Shown here: one piece after another, positions 37,353-46,250 of the stretch | Position numbering within the stretch: position 1 is the first letter of the stretch | How the letters are laid out: each line of letters starts with the position of its first letter | Assembly: GCA_964576435.1 (NCBI GenBank) | Contig: CAZNUP010000001.1 | Span: 162,345-226,344, forward strand | Length of the DNA stretch: 64,000 bases | DNA from: an uncultured Gammaproteobacteria bacterium | GTDB taxonomy: Bacteria > Patescibacteriota > Microgenomatia > JAMCZE01 | Direction of reading: 5' to 3' | Notes under the pieces: generated by a model | Told to the model about the DNA's origin: nothing | Databases searched by the model: none | Seen by the model: only the letters and a program-made list of their open reading frames with translations | Translations under genes and position numbers: made by a program

Positions 37353-37931
37353 ATGAAGAAAATATTAAAGTGGGTTGGGATTGTGTTCTTGATATTTATC
37401 GCTCTCGGAGTACTTGGTGCCATCTTTGGAGCTGGCAAGAAAGGCAATCAACAAGTAGCACCAACCAGCCAGACCTCAACTCAAACAGGTCAAGAGACTG
37501 CCCCAACTCAGAGTCCAGAACAAAAAATGGCAGGGCTTAACCAAACTGTTAAGGAAGGTGATCTAGGATTTACAGTCTTAGCAGTTAATAAGCAAAAGAC
37601 ACTCGGAGGTGCCTACACCCAGAAGACAGCTCAGGGGACATATTATGTTGTTACCTTAAAGCTCGACAACACTGGCAAGAAAACTGCCACCTTTGACAGT
37701 TCGATGGCCAAGATCACAGACGATCAAGGCAGAGAATTTGACCGCTCAATTGACGGCCAAACAGCTCTTGGCATGTCAAACGGCAAAGTGGATCTGTTCT
37801 TACAGCAAATCCAACCTGGTCTTTCCTACACTGGAGATTTAGTTTTTGATCTACCTGATCAAGTCAAAAATCCAGTTCTTGTTGTCAAAGATTCACTCTT
37901 TGGCCAGGGGGCGAAGATTAGTTTGGAATAA
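37353..37931 (+). CDS. DUF4352-like secreted/lipoprotein (phage-associated surface protein)
   Basis: Signal/TM, a low-complexity Thr/Gln linker, then GDLGFTVLAVNKQKTLGG...YYVVTLKLDNTGKKTATF...GDLVFDLP, the typical DUF4352 beta-sandwich pattern. Recalled, not searched. Confidence 0.5.
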   Translation: MKKILKWVGIVFLIFIALGVLGAIFGAGKKGNQQVAPTSQTSTQTGQETAPTQSPEQKMAGLNQTVKEGDLGFTVLAVNKQKTLGGAYTQKTAQGTYYVVTLKLDNTGKKTATFDSSMAKITDDQGREFDRSIDGQTALGMSNGKVDLFLQQIQPGLSYTGDLVFDLPDQVKNPVLVVKDSLFGQGAKISLE

Positions 37932-38014
37932 CAAAAAGAAAGCATCAACAGAAGGCTCTAACCATGAGCCTTTTGTTATGGCATAACTTGGATAAGGCGA
38001 TATAATAGGCCAAA

Positions 38015-39094
38015 ATGATAGATCAAAAATATAAGATGACGAGCACCTCGCTTTATAGCTCCAAGATTGAGGATATCGACCTTGGCGAGAGTGGAAGCGG
38101 GTTAACACGACGAGTTTTGAGAGCACAAGTTGTGGAAAACTACAAGGAAAAGGAGAATTCAGTTGAATTTGCCATAATTCATCAAAGACGCGCAAGCAGA
38201 GAAAAACCATGGGAAGATTTAGGAGGGAAAACCCTAGCCAATTTAAAAGCAGGAGAAGCTTCAAAAATGCAGCTTGACACTCAACAAACCAAGAATCTCT
38301 TTGATCATCTCCTTAATCTCTATCGAATTGGGAAAGATGGCGTGCGGATGGGCGAAACAGTTCTGGTTATAGGTGATGAGGATGAGGTTATAAGAACAGA
38401 TAAGGGAAGGGCAAGAATAATCAAGAAATTATTGGATGGAAATCACAGTGAGGAAGTATGGCAGGCTTTAGTCGATGACTATCCAGAGTTGGCTACAAAA
38501 ATGTCATTGGCGAAAATTTACAACGAAAAGAAGAAAGTTGTTGAAGAGTTCGAGGCAAATATTTCAGCTGGAAAAGACGAAAACTACTGGCAGGGTCTTT
38601 TAGAAGCAAACGGTTGGGTTTTTGGAACAAACTATGAAAAGCGGATTGGTGAAAGGCGAGTCAACATTGGCTCTACAGTTGATCATCCACTTGTAACCGA
38701 AGATGGTTGTCTGGAAATAATTGAGATTAAGCGTCCCGATACGGTTTTTTGGAAAACAGACACAGCAGGAGAACTTTATAAGTATAGGGGGAAATATTTA
38801 GTGCCCTCAACCGAATTATCTGGGACAATTAGCCAGGCAACTGGTTATATTCTTGATCTGGAAAAACAAGTTGATGTTACTTCCTGGGCTGCCGATCATG
38901 AAGGTGTAGTTCCTCTCAAACCCCGTTGTGTTGTTATTTTAGGGCGTTCAAATAATTGGGCGCAAGAAGAAATGAATCAATTCAGATTACTAAACGATAG
39001 CCTCCATGGGGTAACTATTCAAACTTTTGATCATCTCCTCCTTCGGGCTAAAAAGGCTCTAGAAATGTTTAAACCTCAAAATACGAATGAATAA
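38015..39094 (+). CDS. candidate Shedu-like defence nuclease (DUF4263-type, PD-(D/E)xK fold)
   Basis: 359 aa. The C-terminal region has VDHPLVTEDGCLEIIEIKRP (a D...E.K nuclease-like core) and the tail PRCVVILGRSNNW...RLLNDSLHGVTIQTFDHLL, resembling the DUF4263 C-terminal signature of SduA proteins. It is a solitary gene inside an integrative island. Confidence 0.45.
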   Translation: MIDQKYKMTSTSLYSSKIEDIDLGESGSGLTRRVLRAQVVENYKEKENSVEFAIIHQRRASREKPWEDLGGKTLANLKAGEASKMQLDTQQTKNLFDHLLNLYRIGKDGVRMGETVLVIGDEDEVIRTDKGRARIIKKLLDGNHSEEVWQALVDDYPELATKMSLAKIYNEKKKVVEEFEANISAGKDENYWQGLLEANGWVFGTNYEKRIGERRVNIGSTVDHPLVTEDGCLEIIEIKRPDTVFWKTDTAGELYKYRGKYLVPSTELSGTISQATGYILDLEKQVDVTSWAADHEGVVPLKPRCVVILGRSNNWAQEEMNQFRLLNDSLHGVTIQTFDHLLLRAKKALEMFKPQNTNE

Positions 39095-39191
39095 TCTTTG
39101 CCGACTTTTAGACAAAATTTTCTCCCCGAAAGCTGCCTTCTGTGATGCAAAGCCACTTTGAGATGTAGAACCTGGAACCAGGGGTCAGCAA

Positions 39192-39207
39192 CTCTCTAAT
39201 TAGAGAG
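39192..39207. repeat. perfect 16-bp palindrome CTCTCTAATTAGAGAG, copy 1
   Basis: Copy 1, with extended context AACTCTCTAATTAGAGAGGAAAGTT. The identical core recurs at 40360, where the flanking 25-nt context matches at about 23 of 25 positions. Confidence 0.8.
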
Positions 39208-39383
39208 GAAAGTTTTCAAGACGAAGCGCTTAAACGACCACTACCTATGGTTTTTGTATTGTTTTTGTGTGTTCTTTGTTTGTTCTGAAGGTGAATACTT
39301 TTATTGTCCTTACAAGACAATTCTAAATTTAGACAAAAGCATGAATCCAACCCAAAAGTGATATAATATGATCTAATTAAATT

Positions 39384-39761
39384 ATGGCAGAGGATCTTGA
39401 AAAGACACAGCCAAAATTGATAGAGCTCATTAAACCAGACATGCACGAGGAGGAGCTCAAAGGTCTGGTAACTCAATTTATTTCTCCTGAGGAGGAAGAA
39501 ATTTTGGGTGGTAAAGAGGAAGCAATTCAAAGAATAACTGACGCAACAGCATATGTAGGCGTGTTTGCGCCAGTGCCAGCTACTTTTGATCTTGCCGCCT
39601 TCAGTGCAGTTAACGCTAGAGGTCTGACTGAAGAACAGACAAATAAGGTGTTAGAGATATGCAAGCGAATGGGTGTGATAGAGGATGTGGAAGGAAGACC
39701 TGGAAGAATGGCAGTTTCCAGAGAAATGGTCGAGATAGCAAAAAACCAGTTTTTAACTTAA
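39384..39761 (+). CDS. hypothetical acidic protein
   Basis: 125-aa ORF, higher GC than its surroundings, co-oriented with the MOSC gene. Confidence 0.35.
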   Translation: MAEDLEKTQPKLIELIKPDMHEEELKGLVTQFISPEEEEILGGKEEAIQRITDATAYVGVFAPVPATFDLAAFSAVNARGLTEEQTNKVLEICKRMGVIEDVEGRPGRMAVSREMVEIAKNQFLT

Positions 39762-39774
39762 AAATTAGCTGACT

Positions 39775-40371
39775 ATGGCGAACAGATCTGAAGTAATTGC
39801 AATCTTTATTTGCCCCGACAAAGGGGAGCCAATGCAGGAATTTGACAGTGTTAGGGCAATCGCAGGCAGGGGGCTTGAAGGGGACAGATATGCCGAGGGC
39901 AAAGGCGCCTACTCCAAATCAAAGCGGGTTACTACTCGACACGCTTCGTTAATAGCCATTGAAGCGATAGACGCAGCGAATTATGAGAACGGAACTGACT
40001 TTTTGCCTTCAGACACCAGGAGAAACATTGTTACCTCTGGAATTGATCTTAATAGCCTAGTTGGTCAAGAGTTCACTGTTGGCGAAGTGAGTATGAAAGG
40101 GGTTGAGCTCTGTGATCCTTGCGCCCGCCCTTCCGCACTTTCTGGAAAGAAAGGGTTCGAGCCCGCATTTCAAAATCGTGGCGGCCTAAGAGCCGAAGTT
40201 CTCACTGATGGTCTAATCAGGAAAGGAGACACATTCAGTGTTCAAATTGGCCCCCGCCATGTTCCCCAGCAACAAAAAGACGGAACTAATCTGATGGTTC
40301 CAGACCACACTGGTTCTGTGGCTGACCATGTAGCAGCAATTCGAGAACAAATGGCGAAACTCTCTAATTAG
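39775..40371 (+). CDS. MOSC domain-containing protein (YiiM/YcbX-like)
   Basis: RGLEGDRYAEGKG...RHASLIAIEA...VGEVSMKGVELCDPCARP carries the MOSC beta-barrel signature with the conserved Cys. The local GC is visibly higher than in neighbouring genes. Confidence 0.6.
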   Translation: MANRSEVIAIFICPDKGEPMQEFDSVRAIAGRGLEGDRYAEGKGAYSKSKRVTTRHASLIAIEAIDAANYENGTDFLPSDTRRNIVTSGIDLNSLVGQEFTVGEVSMKGVELCDPCARPSALSGKKGFEPAFQNRGGLRAEVLTDGLIRKGDTFSVQIGPRHVPQQQKDGTNLMVPDHTGSVADHVAAIREQMAKLSN

Positions 40372-40375
40372 AGAG
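40360..40375. repeat. perfect 16-bp palindrome CTCTCTAATTAGAGAG, copy 2 (overlaps the MOSC stop codon)
   Basis: Context GAAACTCTCTAATTAGAGAGGGAATTT. Confidence 0.8.
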
Positions 40376-40442
40376 GGAATTTAGCCCCTGTGTGCCGAAC
40401 TGTTGTGATGATTTTTGGTTTTTGTTATGATAACTATCAGAT

Positions 40443-40904
40443 ATGTCTGAATCGGCCGAAACTCCTAGTATTGTTGAGATCGGAAAGGGTCAATTTGATC
40501 GGCTAGCTTCAGTTTTGGGACAGCGAGAAGGAAGCAAATACAATTTAGTCGGCTGGGGTGGTTCTACAGCTGATTTGAGGACTTCGGTAGAAGGTAAAGC
40601 ACTTTATCCATCTTCAGCTTTTGCCGTTGTTGCGGAGGGGATTTCTAGGTACAAACGTGGAGAAGAGAGAATGTATGACGACACGGATTCCATGCGTGAG
40701 CTCTCACAAGCTTTGGCAGATGGGTCAGAAGTTTACGGGCAGGCAAAAGAATTAGATGAAACCACACTGAAATCTCAAATAAAGGAATATCTCCAATCTC
40801 ATGGCGGCGTTTATGATGAAAATATTAACTGGCAAGATTTTATTGCAGAGAGAGCAACAAGAATAAAAAATCGGGCCGATCAGATAGATGAAGTTAACAG
40901 ATAA
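40443..40904 (+). CDS. hypothetical protein
   Basis: 153-aa ORF with no recognised motif. Confidence 0.35.
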   Translation: MSESAETPSIVEIGKGQFDRLASVLGQREGSKYNLVGWGGSTADLRTSVEGKALYPSSAFAVVAEGISRYKRGEERMYDDTDSMRELSQALADGSEVYGQAKELDETTLKSQIKEYLQSHGGVYDENINWQDFIAERATRIKNRADQIDEVNR

Positions 40905-41046
40905 TACTTCCTTAATTTAAGTTTCCCTTAAACAAGAGACTTTCTATGTTCCCACCCAAAGCCTCCCAACGTCGTACCAGTTGTCCCAATTTCTAGTGCC
41001 ACGGCCTTCTACAGACGACTAAGTGCGGAGTGTATAGCTAGGTTAG

Positions 41047-41075
41047 GGGGGATGGGCTTTTAAGGCCCATCCCCC
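41047..41075. other. GC-rich 11-bp perfect hairpin GGGGGATGGGC-TTTTAAG-GCCCATCCCCC in a ~420-bp non-coding gap
   Basis: A strong stem in an otherwise AT-rich intergenic region. It contains CATCCCCC, the exact complement of the ssrA 5' end GGGGATG. Confidence 0.5.
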
Positions 41076-41322
41076 ACTCATTCCTGAATAGCTACGTTTA
41101 CTATGGAAGGATGTGATAAAGAAGCGGGGGAAAGAGTTAGATTTTGGCTTGTTGTTAAGCCCTGTTTAATATCTGTTAAAATTGAGCTCCATTTCCAGAT
41201 ATAGGATTCGATCTGGTTCCAACTTTTTTCCCACGTGTCCACAGATAAAGACCAATTAATAAACGTATTCCATACAAATGCGGTTTATTGTAGGCGTAAG
41301 GGTGAGCTGATTACTTGAAAGC

Positions 41323-41676
41323 TTAGTTGTTTCTAGAGTTTTTACCAGGCGAGTTTGAAGGTGGGGTAAATTTTATTTCACGACCTGGAGGGATTTTTAC
41401 AATTCCCAATTTTAGTATTGCGCTTACAACTTCTGGATTGGGTCGAATGTCGTCTTTATTTAAGGTGACTTCTTTATCTTCTCCTGCGTCTAGTATGATA
41501 TTTCCATTAGGGCCAATAGCCTTAACTTTATAGAAGATTCCATTTCGACCCGTGACGGTATCACCAAGCTCATATCCTTCAGTGGGTTGTTCAATTTTAT
41601 CAAATTCACCAGTCCCTAAGAAACCATTCCAACGGATCTCCCAATCGTTCTGTTCCCCTTTTTTCTCTTCTGCCAT
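41323..41676 (-). CDS. hypothetical protein
   Basis: 117-aa ORF with no motif. Confidence 0.3.
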   Translation of the reverse strand: MAEEKKGEQNDWEIRWNGFLGTGEFDKIEQPTEGYELGDTVTGRNGIFYKVKAIGPNGNIILDAGEDKEVTLNKDDIRPNPEVVSAILKLGIVKIPPGREIKFTPPSNSPGKNSRNN

Positions 41677-41822
41677 GCAAAAATTATAATATAACGTAAT
41701 CTCTTTTCAACGACGAATAAATTTAAGTATATTTTCGTTTGACAGATTTATAAAAATATCAAACCATTGGAAAATATATTGTTCTAATCGGTTCCATTGA
41801 ATCTCCTGGAGGTCCACCAAGG

Positions 41823-43736
41823 TTATTTCATATTAATCCCATAAACCTTAGATCCAGAAACTAAGAATATTTTCTTTTCCTCTTCATCCGCAAGGATGAT
41901 CGCTTTCTCCGCATTCTTTATTGTTGGTAACTGATATTGTGCTTGATAAAGTCCTTCCTTATTTACAACCACCACTCTATTATTCATGGCATCCCAAATA
42001 TAAATGTTCTTTTCCTCATCTGAAGAGTACATACTATTAAATGATCCAATTGGAGAAGGAAGGCTTTTAAGTTCCAATTGCTCCGGAGCTCCCGAAGCAA
42101 ATTTCCAAACCGCATTTGGTTCAAACACATAGATAAACCCATCAATTTCCATCCCATTAGCTTCCAATAAATCTAAATTCGTCCCAGGTTGAATGTATGG
42201 AACTGGCTCTCCAAATCCGCCTTCCTCAGTTCCTTGATATTTCCATACCTGACTATTTCCAGGATCGAGAAGGTATAAATTCCCCCCAAAACTAGACATC
42301 GCGGTTATTTCTCCAGAAGAACTGGCATCTTTTGCAATGGTTTTAAAACCTCCACTCGTTGTCAAATCTTTTTTCTTGATTCCAGAAGAGTCGTGAACGT
42401 ATAAATTGTCACTATAAAAATCTACCAAGGAGTTAGATTTAAAGTTTCCACCAGCAACAATAGTTCCAGATTTGTTACTGGTTCCAAGAGAGTAAACACT
42501 GCCATTCTTGCCATCCAGTGCCATGATTGTTCCATCATGCAATTTTGCAGATGTAATGTTTGGGTTGGGTTTTAAAAGTGAGAAGTCATAAAAAGTAGTT
42601 AGGGGAACGCTATTTATATTTCCAGCCCTAGCAATTTCCTGGTCATATTTAGCTACAATTGCCCGAAGTTGATCACCTTCTTTAGATTTAAGATTTTTCC
42701 AATCACTTCCAAAATCTCTTTCGATTTCAGAAACAATCTCCTTTTTCTTATCAACAAGTGATTGTCTGGCAAGTTGATCATTGAGTCCAATTAGTTTTCC
42801 TGAGGCTTCTAAGCTTTCGTTAGCTTCTGCTTGGATTCTTGCCACGTTTTGTGTTTGCACCTCTAAAGATCTTGACCTTAGTTGAAAGGCAATTACAGAC
42901 AAAAGCGTTACGAACGCAATTAGAACTAGGTATAAGGTTTTCTTTGGAGGCGCGCTTTCAAATCCTTTCTCCCGAGCCTGTTTGAGATACATTATATTTT
43001 CTTTTGTCGGTACAAGCTTTGTGAGTCCACTAAATATTCCAGATACCTTAGAAATTTTTCCCCAGTTTGGCGGCGTAGTTGGGAGCGGTTCTTCAACTGA
43101 AGTTGCCTCTTCTTCGATTTTTGTTCCACTTTCCTCCGACTTTTGAGGCATATCATTTTGTTCAATTGATGCTTTAGGGACTTCAGTTTCAACCACTTGG
43201 TCAAATTTCAAAACTAATCCACAGATGTCGGGACTCTCATGTTCTCCTTCAAGGTTGGGAAGTAGTGCATCTCTTATTTCGGTCGGATTTTTGTTACTTT
43301 GATTGGTAAGTTCTGAAAAATTAATCTTTGACATTAGTTTCTCTGTGCCAAGAACTATGACATCATCTTGAGAAAGTGTTCCTGACAAAGTTGGAGCTGT
43401 TAAATTAATAATCTTTCCTTTTCTGATAAGCTTGGTACCACAGCTTCCAAGTGTAGCTAGAGATAAGTTGTTTTCGACAATATTAGCAACCACTAATGAC
43501 AAACTTATGTCACTTCCCAGCTGTTCTCTGATAGAAATTGCTAATTCTTTAGGTGAAACTTGTGGATTTTGGGAAATCGCTTCCTCAATCTTTGTAACAC
43601 TATCTCTTCCAATTTCTAGGTTAACCCTTTCCTTGTCTCCCAATAAAAGAAGCACAATAAAAAAGTTACCAGAGACAATTGTTTGCGCATAAACTCCTTC
43701 GCCAGAACTTCCAGCGATTGCGGCGTGTGACAACAT
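41823..43736 (-). CDS. hypothetical bitopic membrane protein with C-terminal extracytoplasmic beta-rich domain
   Basis: 637 aa. The N-terminal ~150 aa look like the tail of a PP2C/SpoIIE-type fold (weak). A TM helix LYLVLIAFVTLLSVIAF is followed by a long Ser/Gly/Asn-rich C-terminal domain. Confidence 0.3.
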   Translation of the reverse strand: MLSHAAIAGSSGEGVYAQTIVSGNFFIVLLLLGDKERVNLEIGRDSVTKIEEAISQNPQVSPKELAISIREQLGSDISLSLVVANIVENNLSLATLGSCGTKLIRKGKIINLTAPTLSGTLSQDDVIVLGTEKLMSKINFSELTNQSNKNPTEIRDALLPNLEGEHESPDICGLVLKFDQVVETEVPKASIEQNDMPQKSEESGTKIEEEATSVEEPLPTTPPNWGKISKVSGIFSGLTKLVPTKENIMYLKQAREKGFESAPPKKTLYLVLIAFVTLLSVIAFQLRSRSLEVQTQNVARIQAEANESLEASGKLIGLNDQLARQSLVDKKKEIVSEIERDFGSDWKNLKSKEGDQLRAIVAKYDQEIARAGNINSVPLTTFYDFSLLKPNPNITSAKLHDGTIMALDGKNGSVYSLGTSNKSGTIVAGGNFKSNSLVDFYSDNLYVHDSSGIKKKDLTTSGGFKTIAKDASSSGEITAMSSFGGNLYLLDPGNSQVWKYQGTEEGGFGEPVPYIQPGTNLDLLEANGMEIDGFIYVFEPNAVWKFASGAPEQLELKSLPSPIGSFNSMYSSDEEKNIYIWDAMNNRVVVVNKEGLYQAQYQLPTIKNAEKAIILADEEEKKIFLVSGSKVYGINMK

Positions 43737-43791
43737 GGATTAAGTGTATCACTGACTGGCAACCAAGAGCCAGAATTGATACCATGAATCC

Positions 43792-46209
43792 ATGGATTCT
43801 CCACAGTCTGAGCTTACAATACAAGAACTTTTGCAAGTCACCACCAAGTTTCAAAATCTGGCAGATGATACAACCTCTTTTGAATCAGAAAACGGGCGTG
43901 GCAAGATAAGTAGACAAGAAGCTAAAAAGCAGATCATCAAAAAACTCACCCTTCTTGATAAAGAACATACATTTAATCTTCCCCATGGTGCAATCGAGTT
44001 CTTGGAAAAAAGTGACGTCAAATCAGTCGAAACTTGGAAGGTCGCTACCAGTCTCTTGCGCGGACAGCCGGCCCCACTTTTGGACAATAGTGTCCCCGGT
44101 AATCTAGGTGATCTCAAGGAACAAAGACTTAAAGTCCAACTTGGGGCGGAGGCCTCGCGAATAAACGGTCAACTACCTGACGACGTAATTAAAAGATATG
44201 TTCAGGCTCTAAAAGATAGTTACAAATTATCCGATAAACAAGTGGCTGAAGTTGAACAGGAGATAAAGAATTTACGAACCGAGCAGGCAAAAGAATCTCC
44301 ACAAGAAATAGTTGTATCTAATACCAAAGCTGGGAATCGCGATATCCCCGTTTCCGCCCCCTCCTCAAAAGTGGAAGAGATTTCTCTCCAGTCTGACCGA
44401 AAGGATGACTCGCCTTCTAAGGACGACAAGCAAACTAGTCCAAATTCCAAACTTAGTAAACAAACTAAAGAAGCAATCGAGCGAGCCGGCGAAAGAGCTG
44501 AGATGCGAGGATATAATCCAAAGACTGAAACCGGCGCCTATTTAGCTAATCAAGTCTCCTTTGGATTTAGTTATTTAAATGAAATCTGGAATACAAACCC
44601 TGAGGCCATTAGCCAAGCCATTGGAGATAGTGTTTCTTATGGTGAAACTTACGCTGAATCAAAATCTATTTCCAAAAAGATACCTTCTAAAGCAGAACAA
44701 ACTGTTAATCAAGTAGCCCAGGCAGCAGCCGCGGCTTCTGCACTTGTTCGCTCCGAACAAGTTCAAGATGTGGCAGCTCAAACTATTAGTGCTGGCCAAA
44801 TAGGGGCCCGTCGTTTGAAAGATAAAGTTGGTCCCGTAATAATTGGAACGGGAATAGGTGCAGTAGCAGGACTTTTGACTGGTAATCCATTGGCAGTAGC
44901 TGGGGGTGCAGCAGCAGGTGGTTTCATGGGCTACTCTTTAGGTGACGGCAGGACAAGAAGTGTACCACCTTCTCAGGGTGGAGGCAGTCCTTCACCTCAA
45001 TCTAGTAGAAGGCGAGGGGGGATTTTACCAGCCGCAGCCAACCTTGCTAATGCCCAAGCTCTCAAGGGGATAGTAGCATCGCTTGGGGGTGCTGGCTTAG
45101 CTTCCATCGCAGGTTGGATTTTGGTTGGAATAGGAATAGCTATTTTGATTGCTATCCTTGCGATTTTCTTCCTAAACTATTCTTTCCAACCGAGCTCCGA
45201 AGTTCTTGATCTACAAGGTGGTCCACCAATAGTTACGGTTTCCAAAACTGCGGATATTGATGAAATGGGGAATTTTGAGGAAGCTACTGTTCCTCAAAAA
45301 ATAGCCAACTATTCAATCCAAATTTCTGCTCATGAAGGGGATGTAAAAATTTCAGCTAAAGACGATGTTCGTTTTTTTGGAGAATCAGGAACCTTTGACA
45401 AAAGTCAGATGCAAGCAACTACTACCCCCATTACTTGGCCGACTTCAGTAACACCTACCGGTTCCACTGTAGCGTACGGAATTGTAATTCCAGTGAATGC
45501 AGCAAATAGACAAAACCTGAACGATGGGTATTTGGTAAATACTGTAACTATCACAGCCACAGATGAAAATGGTAAATCTGAATCTCGTTCTGCCCAAGCA
45601 ATTATTAAAGTGGGCAATCCACCAGAGGGACATCCATATGGGTTCCCCAAATCAGGAAGCATTAGTTCACTAGATAACGAGCCAATTCCTGCAATTACAG
45701 GCGAGGATGGAAAAGTTTTACCTGCACATGATCATTGTGGCGAAATCCCTTCTCTTGCGGGTTGTATTGGAGGGGGATTGGATATAACTGGTGAGGGTCA
45801 AGTAAAATCTACTGCTGAAGGTTATGTTATCTATAGTCAATTTGATTCACGTCTTGGTGGGGTTGTTTACATCTTGGCGGGAGATCACTCTGCAGCGTTC
45901 CTCCATCTTGCTGAAGAAGGTCTTGCACCTCTTGGAAAGATTAGCAGGGGAGACACTGTCGGTACTGTCTATCCAGGAAAGCTTCCTACCTCATCGGGGC
46001 CACACGTTCACTATCAAGTTTTTGACGGTGGACAAAATGTTTTCTTTAAAAATTCAGCCAGTGTAGGTGCTTGCGAAAATCCAAACGCGATCATTAGCCC
46101 AACAAACGCCCAACAACTAGCTACTAGAAGTATTCCAGCGGGTGCTGATGGCGATGGTACCGGCAATTTTTCTTGCAATATCAGCAACCCACCTGCTGTG
46201 GTAAATTAA
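43792..46209 (+). CDS. large membrane protein with C-terminal M23 (LytM-type) peptidase domain
   Basis: 805 aa: a ~330-aa cytoplasmic coiled region, two Gly-rich TM helices, then a C-terminal LPAHDHCGE...VIYSQFDSRLGGVVYILAGDHSAAFLHLAE...GDTVGTVYPGKLPTSSGPHVHYQVF matching the M23 HxxxD ... HxH architecture. Confidence 0.55.
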   Translation: MDSPQSELTIQELLQVTTKFQNLADDTTSFESENGRGKISRQEAKKQIIKKLTLLDKEHTFNLPHGAIEFLEKSDVKSVETWKVATSLLRGQPAPLLDNSVPGNLGDLKEQRLKVQLGAEASRINGQLPDDVIKRYVQALKDSYKLSDKQVAEVEQEIKNLRTEQAKESPQEIVVSNTKAGNRDIPVSAPSSKVEEISLQSDRKDDSPSKDDKQTSPNSKLSKQTKEAIERAGERAEMRGYNPKTETGAYLANQVSFGFSYLNEIWNTNPEAISQAIGDSVSYGETYAESKSISKKIPSKAEQTVNQVAQAAAAASALVRSEQVQDVAAQTISAGQIGARRLKDKVGPVIIGTGIGAVAGLLTGNPLAVAGGAAAGGFMGYSLGDGRTRSVPPSQGGGSPSPQSSRRRGGILPAAANLANAQALKGIVASLGGAGLASIAGWILVGIGIAILIAILAIFFLNYSFQPSSEVLDLQGGPPIVTVSKTADIDEMGNFEEATVPQKIANYSIQISAHEGDVKISAKDDVRFFGESGTFDKSQMQATTTPITWPTSVTPTGSTVAYGIVIPVNAANRQNLNDGYLVNTVTITATDENGKSESRSAQAIIKVGNPPEGHPYGFPKSGSISSLDNEPIPAITGEDGKVLPAHDHCGEIPSLAGCIGGGLDITGEGQVKSTAEGYVIYSQFDSRLGGVVYILAGDHSAAFLHLAEEGLAPLGKISRGDTVGTVYPGKLPTSSGPHVHYQVFDGGQNVFFKNSASVGACENPNAIISPTNAQQLATRSIPAGADGDGTGNFSCNISNPPAVVN

Positions 46210-46250
46210 TTTAATTAATTTTAACGTGTATAATAAATTAGAAAAATACC

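Noticed and set aside
39216-39530. 104-aa minus-strand ORF in the gap after the Shedu-like gene
   Set aside because: It is AT-rich and low-complexity, overlaps the start of the plus-strand gene at 39384, and sits in what looks like a promoter or intergenic region with a T-rich tract.
41047-41075. GC-rich hairpin as a definite attR of the ssrA island
   Set aside because: The resemblance to the ssrA 3' end (shared CATCCCC/CCCCCA) is suggestive but short. Without the flanking comparison it could be just a strong terminator, so I kept it as a low-confidence inference and not a boundary call.
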